A stretch of DNA of 32,000 nt from Microcystis aeruginosa NIES-2549 (GTDB lineage: Bacteria; Cyanobacteriota; Cyanobacteriia; Cyanobacteriales; Microcystaceae). The position numbers were made by a program, and so were the translations under genes. Shown piece by piece: positions 26,430-32,000 of this stretch. The stretch spans positions 3,600,001 to 3,632,000 of the forward strand of contig NZ_CP011304.1 in NCBI RefSeq assembly GCF_000981785.2, written 5' to 3'. The notes under the pieces are model-generated. The model was not told the DNA's origin and did not search any database. It saw nothing but the letters and a program-made list of their open reading frames with translations. Position 1 is the first letter of the stretch. Every line of letters starts with the position of its first letter.

Positions 26430-26625
26430 GACAGGCAAAAGGCAATAGGCAATAGGCAAAAGGAGCAATAGATAATCAGTTTTTAATAACCAGATTTAGT
26501 ATAAACAGTGAACAGTAATCAGTAATCAGGGATAAAGATGAAGATAAATAAATAAATAACTTAAAACTTACATCTGATAACTTAAAACTTACATCTGATA
26601 ACTGATAACTGATAACTGATAACTG
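26430..26625. repeat. Mosaic of 7-nt-periodic tandem repeats plus a 21-nt direct repeat
   Basis: Units are AGGCAAA/AGGCAAT (about 26431-26465), AACAGTG/AACAGTA/ATCAGTA (about 26504-26530), AACTTAAAACTTACATCTGAT x2 (26558-26599) and CTGATAA x4 (about 26595-26625). The last array abuts the permease stop codon. Confidence 0.9.
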
Positions 26626-27492
26626 TTAAACCGTGCCTTTAAATAAACCTTGGGGACGGAATAATAACAGCAAGATCATAATTAATAAAGCCACGGCTAA
26701 TTTATAATCAGAACCAATTAAGGGGACACTAATTTCTTGGGCAACACCAATAATTAAAGCACCAGCAATCGCTCCGTAGGGATTACCAATACCACCTAAA
26801 ATCACGGACGCAAACATGGGTAAGATTAAAAACCAGCCCATATTGGGACGTACTCCCCCGGTAATTAATCCGAACATCCCTCCGGCTAAAGCAGTTAAAA
26901 CTCCCGTGATTATCCATGTCCAGAAAACAACCCATTCGACGTTAATTCCGGTTACTCTAGCTAAATCGGTGCTGTCAGCTACGGCACGCATCGCCTTACC
27001 GATTTTGGTTTTTTGTAATAACAAATGGAGGGCAATAATAACTATAATTGCCAAACCAATGACTAACAAACGATCAAAAGCTACTTTAATCCCCAAAATT
27101 TCTGTAGCGGGCATCACAGGCAGATCGTAGCGTTGATTACTGCCGCCCCAAATCATTAAAATACCATTGCGAAGAAATAAAGCCAAACCGATCGAAATAA
27201 TAATTAAAGTGGTAGAATCAGCCCGTCGATCGCGCATAGGTTTCCACAATAATCTCTCGGCAACGAGCATAGCAATAGCTGTCACTGCTGCCCCCACCAG
27301 CATCGCTAACCAGAGATTAATCCCTTGAGCATTTACCACCCAAGTTATGTAAGCACCCAAAGTCATAAAATCGCCGTGGGCAAAATTAGACAGACGCAAA
27401 ATGCCACAGGTAAGGGTTAACCCGACGGCAGCCAGAGCAATAATACTGCCGACGGCTAAACCATTGAATAAAAGTTGCGGTGTATCCATCAA
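26626..27492 (-). CDS. Branched-chain/neutral amino acid ABC transporter permease (LivH/NatD-type)
   Basis: 288 aa and polytopic. ..LFNGLAVGSIIALAAVGLTLTCGILRLSNFAHGDFMTLGAY.. is characteristic of the LivH family. Confidence 0.85.
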   Translation of the reverse strand: MMDTPQLLFNGLAVGSIIALAAVGLTLTCGILRLSNFAHGDFMTLGAYITWVVNAQGINLWLAMLVGAAVTAIAMLVAERLLWKPMRDRRADSTTLIIISIGLALFLRNGILMIWGGSNQRYDLPVMPATEILGIKVAFDRLLVIGLAIIVIIALHLLLQKTKIGKAMRAVADSTDLARVTGINVEWVVFWTWIITGVLTALAGGMFGLITGGVRPNMGWFLILPMFASVILGGIGNPYGAIAGALIIGVAQEISVPLIGSDYKLAVALLIMILLLLFRPQGLFKGTV

Positions 27493-27759
27493 ACCTCTTG
27501 TATAAATCAGAAATTGTCCTTAGAAATAGGAGTCAGGAGAGAGAAAATTAATTAACTTTTGTCTTTTACTTTATTTAACTGAAAGCTGAGGGCCTGTGGC
27601 TTAAATATTTTTGTTTAGACCAAATTGCATGGCAGTATAAGCCTAGACAGCCATTATAAAGGTTTGTGTGCCAGCAATTTCTCGCGGCCGGTGAAAAGCT
27701 GACGGCTGATGACTTACTGCTATAAAATCAAGAATGCCCACTGATGGAATTTTCCGCCA

Positions 27760-28269
27760 ATGAAGACTATCTTTCGACTAGCGATCGCTTTTTTTGTCCT
27801 ACTATTTATCCTATCTCCTGTCAATGCCTTAGCTGCCAGTTCTGCTGCTGTCACAGGAGCTAATGCCAGTTATGAAAACCAGAATCTGACAGGAAAGGAT
27901 TTTTCGGGACAAAATTTGCAATCTGCCCAATTTACTAACGTTAATCTGCAAGATTCTAACTTTAGCTCTGCCGATTTGCGCGGGGCGGTGTTTAACGGAG
28001 CCTCTATCATCGAAGGCAACTTTCATGGAGCGGACTTAACCAATGGATTAGCCTATCTGAGTACCTTTAAAAATTCCGATTTAAGCGATGCCATTTTTGC
28101 CGAGGCAATTATGCTGCGTACCATTTTCGAGGGAGTCAATATCAACGGTGCTGATTTTAGTTTTGCCGTGCTTGACGCTCAACAAATCAAAAATCTCTGT
28201 GAAAGAGCCGAGGGTGTCAACTCAAAAACCGGCATCTCTACCCCGGAATCTTTAGGATGTGATCAATGA
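27760..28269 (+). CDS. Pentapeptide-repeat protein with signal peptide (thylakoid-lumen type)
   Basis: 169 aa with an N-terminal hydrophobic signal ending ..VNALA. It has consecutive A(D/N)LxG-type pentapeptides (..[26 protein letters not shown]..). Confidence 0.85.
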   Translation: MKTIFRLAIAFFVLLFILSPVNALAASSAAVTGANASYENQNLTGKDFSGQNLQSAQFTNVNLQDSNFSSADLRGAVFNGASIIEGNFHGADLTNGLAYLSTFKNSDLSDAIFAEAIMLRTIFEGVNINGADFSFAVLDAQQIKNLCERAEGVNSKTGISTPESLGCDQ

Positions 28270-29393
28270 TGCACACAAGGGTTGGTGTTATTGGTGGTGG
28301 ACAATTAGCATGGATGATGGCACAGGAAGCCAAGAAATTAGGCATTTCTCTAATTGTACAAACACCACACCCCGACGATCCCGCCGTTGCTTTAGCTGAC
28401 GGGGTTGTCTTCGCAGAAATAGCTGACGTGGAAGGCACAAAAAAACTAGCTCAACATTGTGATCTGATCACTTTTGAAAATGAGTTTGTTAATTTAGATG
28501 CCCTAGAAGAATTAGAGGCCACAGGAGTTAAATTCTATCCTAGTTTGGCAAATCTGCGCCCCCTATTGGATAAATACGAGCAAAGATGTTATTTACGCTC
28601 CCTAGGGTTGCCTGTGCCTGATTTTTGGGCGATAGATAATTTATCCCAACTAGAAAATTATCCTTTTCCGCTAGTGCTGAAAGCGCGACGACACGGTTAT
28701 GATGGTCAAGGAACCTTTATTATCCGCACTCCTGAAGAATTAAACGCCAAAAAGCCGCAATTAGAGCGTCTTGACTTGATGTTAGAAGCTTATATTCCCT
28801 ACGAGCGCGAATTAGCCATCGTTGCCGCTAGGGGATTAACCGGGGAAATCGTCACCTATCCCGTGGTGGAAACCTATCAAGAGGAGCAAGTCTGTCGCTG
28901 GGTGATTGCTCCCGCCGCTCTTAACCAATCTTTACAGGCTCAAACCGAATCTATCGCCCATCATCTGTTAAGTAGTTTGTCGGCGGTGGGTGTTTTCGGA
29001 ATCGAATTATTTGTCACTCCGCAGGGAGAGGTATTGATTAATGAAATCGCTCCCCGTACCCATAATTCGGGTCATTACAGCCTCTCTGCCTGTCTTACCT
29101 CCCAATTTGCCCTACAACTGCAAGCAGTGGCTAATTTGCCCCTCGGAGCCACGGACTTAAAATCTGCTGGGGCAGTTATGGTTAATTTATTGGGTTTTGA
29201 GGATAGTGACGGCGATTATGGGGAAAAAAGAGCAGTTTTAGCGGCAATTCCAGACGCTCACGTTTTTTGGTACGGTAAAAAATCCCGTCCCGGTCGAAAA
29301 TTAGGCCATGTCACCCTCTTAAGGGATACAAGCGATCGCTCTGAGTTATTGGCCCTAGCAAAGCAGATAGAAAAGCTTTGGTATGGTTGTTAG
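28266..29393 (+). CDS. purK: N5-carboxyaminoimidazole ribonucleotide synthase (ATP-grasp)
   Basis: 375 aa with [17 protein letters not shown].., an ATP-grasp core, ..[13 protein letters not shown].. and ..GRKLGHVT.. motifs. The start overlaps the upstream stop (ATGA). Confidence 0.9.
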   Translation: MMHTRVGVIGGGQLAWMMAQEAKKLGISLIVQTPHPDDPAVALADGVVFAEIADVEGTKKLAQHCDLITFENEFVNLDALEELEATGVKFYPSLANLRPLLDKYEQRCYLRSLGLPVPDFWAIDNLSQLENYPFPLVLKARRHGYDGQGTFIIRTPEELNAKKPQLERLDLMLEAYIPYERELAIVAARGLTGEIVTYPVVETYQEEQVCRWVIAPAALNQSLQAQTESIAHHLLSSLSAVGVFGIELFVTPQGEVLINEIAPRTHNSGHYSLSACLTSQFALQLQAVANLPLGATDLKSAGAVMVNLLGFEDSDGDYGEKRAVLAAIPDAHVFWYGKKSRPGRKLGHVTLLRDTSDRSELLALAKQIEKLWYGC

Positions 29394-29394
29394 G

Positions 29395-29516
29395 GAATTA
29401 TGAATTATGAATTATGAATTATGAATTGGGGAGTGGGGAGTATTTTCAGTAAACAGTAAACAGTAAACAGTGAACTGATAACTGATAACTGATAACTGAT
29501 AACTGATAACTGATTC
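29395..29516. repeat. Cluster of heptamer tandem repeats
   Basis: GAATTAT x4 (29395-29422), GGGGAGT x2 (29428-29441), CAGTAAA x3 (29447-29467) and CTGATAA x5 (29475-29509). It lies between the convergent purK and the SGNH hydrolase gene. Confidence 0.95.
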
Positions 29517-29528
29517 AGTAAACCCTAA

Positions 29529-30467
29529 TTAAAAGACCTTTTTGATTGCCTCGGCCAGTTTTTGACTAATTAACTCGTTACCGTCTCGACTAAGATGAAT
29601 ATTATCGCGATAGAGGGAATCAGGAGTAGGATGAGCTTGAAAAATGGGCAGAAAATCTAGATAAAAAATCTGCTGGTTGCTGGTGAAATCCGCTAGTCTT
29701 TGACGGGCCTTTAATTCATAATCTCGCCCCTGTTTTTGAGCTTCGCGAATGAGGGGGGTAATAGCGATAATTAAACGGGCTTGATGAGCCTGAGCAAGGG
29801 CTTGAATTTGAGCCAGAGCGGTTAAATTATTGCCCACTCGATCGCCCCCTTCTCGCACCGGTGGCAAGGGAGGATAACGCTTAAAATATCGATCGTACAA
29901 CTCGATTAAAGCTAAAGCCGGCCGGCGAGCGGGATAATTAATTTCTCGTCCCACCACCGCCGAACTAGGAGCTAAAGCGAACAGATCATCGGTGTTCATT
30001 AATAACACGATCACCTGGGATTCAAAGGTGCCGAAACGTCTTAGATAGGCCGATTGATTGCGCGGTCCCCAAGAATTAGCCGAAGCATTGAGAACTTCCA
30101 CCGAACCCGTCAGATTTTGGCCTAAATTTTTGGTGATTAAAGCAGCAATGGTCTCTTTTTGATCTGTCCACCAGGAGCCATTAGCGATCGAATCACCGAT
30201 TAACATTATTCTCGTCGTCTCCGGGGGCCGTTGGGGTGTAATCGGATCGCTCCGCATCGAATACTGATTAACGGCGATAAAATTGGAAAACCGGCGCGTT
30301 TGTTGATTAGGAGCCAAAAGATAGCCAATTTCGGCATCAGCTTTGTAAATAAGCGGATTACCGAACCCGAAGACAATTCTTAAAATAGCCTCAAGGAGAA
30401 GGCCAAGGGCGAAAAGAACGCCTAGAATGATTAAAGACAGCCGAATGATACCAATTTCTAATAACAC
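29529..30467 (-). CDS. Membrane-anchored SGNH/GDSL-family hydrolase
   Basis: 312 aa with a GTG start and an N-terminal TM helix. It has the block I motif LIGDSIANG and the C-terminal D-x2-H motif (RDNIHLSRDGN). Confidence 0.7.
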   Translation of the reverse strand: MLLEIGIIRLSLIILGVLFALGLLLEAILRIVFGFGNPLIYKADAEIGYLLAPNQQTRRFSNFIAVNQYSMRSDPITPQRPPETTRIMLIGDSIANGSWWTDQKETIAALITKNLGQNLTGSVEVLNASANSWGPRNQSAYLRRFGTFESQVIVLLMNTDDLFALAPSSAVVGREINYPARRPALALIELYDRYFKRYPPLPPVREGGDRVGNNLTALAQIQALAQAHQARLIIAITPLIREAQKQGRDYELKARQRLADFTSNQQIFYLDFLPIFQAHPTPDSLYRDNIHLSRDGNELISQKLAEAIKKVF

Positions 30468-30479
30468 GGATAGATGAGA

Positions 30480-31800
30480 GTTCGCTAATTTTTGACATCC
30501 TCACCGCCGTAAACGGACGGTGATTCCCAAACCTCACGATTTGAGTTTCTGCTTCTTTCCCGAAGGATTTTTCGCACCTGCCTTAACAGATTTACTCTGT
30601 TCTGGTCATCAGGTCGCTCTACAGACTGACACCGCAAGCCCTGCGGCCAAAATATTTTTACTGGCGTTAATATCTCGGTCATGGTGAGTCCCACAGTCTG
30701 GACAGTCCCATTCTCGAATATTTAACGGCATTTTTTCAGCAATATACCCGCAATTACTACACCTTTTAGAGCTAGGAAACCATCTATCTATTTCGATGTA
30801 ATTTCTCCCATACCAACGGCATTTATAGGCTAATTGTCGGGTAATTTCTCCCCAACTAACGTCAGATATTGCCTGAGATAATTTAGGGTTTTTGACCATA
30901 TTCTTGACGGCTAAATTCTCAACCACAATCGTTTGATTTTCACGAACTAATTGAGTGGTTAGCTTATGTAAATGGTCTTTTCTGTTATCAGTAATTTGAG
31001 CGTGAATCTTGGCTACTTTGATTCTTGCCTTTTCCCGATTTTTTGACCCTTTCTGTTTTCGAGAAAGATTTTTCTATGCTCTTCGCAACCTCTGATAATG
31101 TTTCTTAAAATGCTTAGAATTAGATACTTTATCGCCGTCGCTGGTAATCACAATGCTACTAATTCCTAAGTCAATTCCAATGGCTTTATCTGTTACTGGT
31201 AATGGCTTAATTGTTGGGTCATCAAATCTTATTGAGATATGCCAACGTCCAGAAGGATGTAATCTGACTGTTACTGTGCTTGGTTCACATCCGTCTGGTA
31301 TTTGTCTTGACCATCGAATAGGTAAAGGTTCTGTGCATTTAGCTAAATAGATTTGTCTGTCTTTAAATTTAAAAGCAGATTTGGTAAATTCGGCACTTCC
31401 TCCCTGATGTTTTTTCTTAAAGTTAGGATACTTAGTACGACCAGAAAAGAAATTGTTAAAAGCTGTTTGTAGGTGTCTTAACCCTTGTTGTAAAGGTACA
31501 CAGCTAACTTCGTTTAAAAAGTCTAATTCTTCTTGTTTTTTCCAATCGGTCAACATTGAAGAAGTTTGAGCATAGCCTACTCTTTCTTGCTTTTCGTACC
31601 AAGCTTGTGTTCGTTCGTGGAGAGCTTTATTGTAAACCAATCTTACACATCCCAAAGTGCGCCGCAATAGCGACTCTTGTTCGGGTGTTGGGTAAAATCG
31701 GTAAGAATAGGCTTTTTCCATGTCTTATATTTTAGCATATATTTCGTAAATGTGCTAATATTTAACAGCAAAGCCGCCGTAAAACGGCGGGGTTTCAGAC
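30480..31800 (-). mobile_element. IS200/IS605-family (IS1341-type, tnpB-only) element
   Basis: The tnpB homolog is flanked by related subterminal hairpins CCGCCG-TAAAA-CGGCGG (31774-31790) and CACCGCCG-TAAA-CGGACGGTG (30502-30522). The boundaries are approximate. Confidence 0.65.
30534..31721 (-). pseudogene. tnpB: tnpB (RNA-guided endonuclease, OrfB_IS605) interrupted by in-frame stops
   Basis: A single 396-codon frame has TAG at 31076..31074 (codon 216) and tandem TGA TGA at 30611..30606. The RuvC and zinc-finger motifs are otherwise intact (IGIDLGI, VVENL, CSNCG..CPDCG, HDRDINAS). Confidence 0.85.
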
Positions 31801-31831
31801 CCAAATTTTCGATGAAAAGGAGTTAAGGGCA

Positions 31832-31966
31832 ATGTCAGACTTAAATCGTGGCATTATGAAATTCGAGGGAGCCGATAAACCGGCAGTAGTGGCGATATCG
31901 TCGATTATCGTCATCGGTAGTATTATTGCTCTGATCCTTTGGGCAATGAAAGTCGCCTACATCTAG
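31832..31966 (+). CDS. Small 44-aa single-TM hypothetical protein
   Basis: ATG 31832 is preceded by AAGGAG about 9 nt upstream. The product is MSDLNRGIMKFEGADKPAVVAISSIIVIGSIIALILWAMKVAYI. It is below the ORF-track size cutoff. Confidence 0.4.
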   Translation: MSDLNRGIMKFEGADKPAVVAISSIIVIGSIIALILWAMKVAYI

Positions 31967-32000
31967 TTAGGGTTTGCGGCAAAAAGTTTCTCGTGGGGGC

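Noticed and set aside
26816-28438. ORFs 26816-27130 (+), 27829-28026 (-) and 28238-28438 (-)
   Set aside because: They are antisense shadows of the permease, the pentapeptide-repeat gene and purK respectively.
30485-30694. 69-aa minus-strand ORF overlapping the tnpB 3' end
   Set aside because: It is out of frame with tnpB and covers the region expected to encode the omega/reRNA and the right-end hairpin. It is not a gene.
31153-31350. 65-aa + strand ORF
   Set aside because: It is antisense to the tnpB N-terminal half.

Overview
Cyanobacterial, Microcystis-like accessory region (HIP1 GCGATCGC palindromes, heptamer tandem repeats). It is dominated by a very large class 1 type I CRISPR-Cas locus, all on the minus strand. 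A 37-nt-repeat array has 116 repeats by my manual count (1305-12581). The crRNA-sense repeat is GTTCCAATTAATCTTAAACCCTATTAGGGATTGAAAC. Three IS elements from different families break or cap the array: ISL3 at the left edge, an IS4-family element at 6984-8258 and an IS5/IS1182-like element at 8971-10664. A roughly 230-nt leader follows, then cas2-cas1-cas4-cas6, an embedded Uma2 (DUF820) nuclease gene, cas3, cas5, cas7, a Cas10d/Cas8-like large subunit and a 47-aa coiled-coil ORF. The effector genes look I-D-like (Csc type) but the architecture is non-canonical. The HD nuclease motifs sit on Cas3, the large subunit has no HD dipeptide at all, cas3 follows cas5, and the effector cassette is much more AT-rich than the adaptation/cas6 module and the flanking regulator. 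The most interesting element lies between the cas operon and a divergent RHH-WYL regulator (23894-24751). It is an orphan, oppositely oriented, degenerate repeat-spacer-repeat unit (23556-23652) with its own terminator. Its shortened guide has a seed-type partial match, with a GTC (GTH-type) PAM, to the -35 region of the predicted cas operon promoter. This fits a CreR/CreA-like regulatory crRNA. The rest of the window holds a frameshifted IS630 element, a DUF4346-like gene, a LivH-type permease, a lumenal pentapeptide-repeat protein, purK, an SGNH hydrolase, a nonsense-inactivated IS605-family tnpB element, and two intergenic mosaics of 7-nt tandem repeats.
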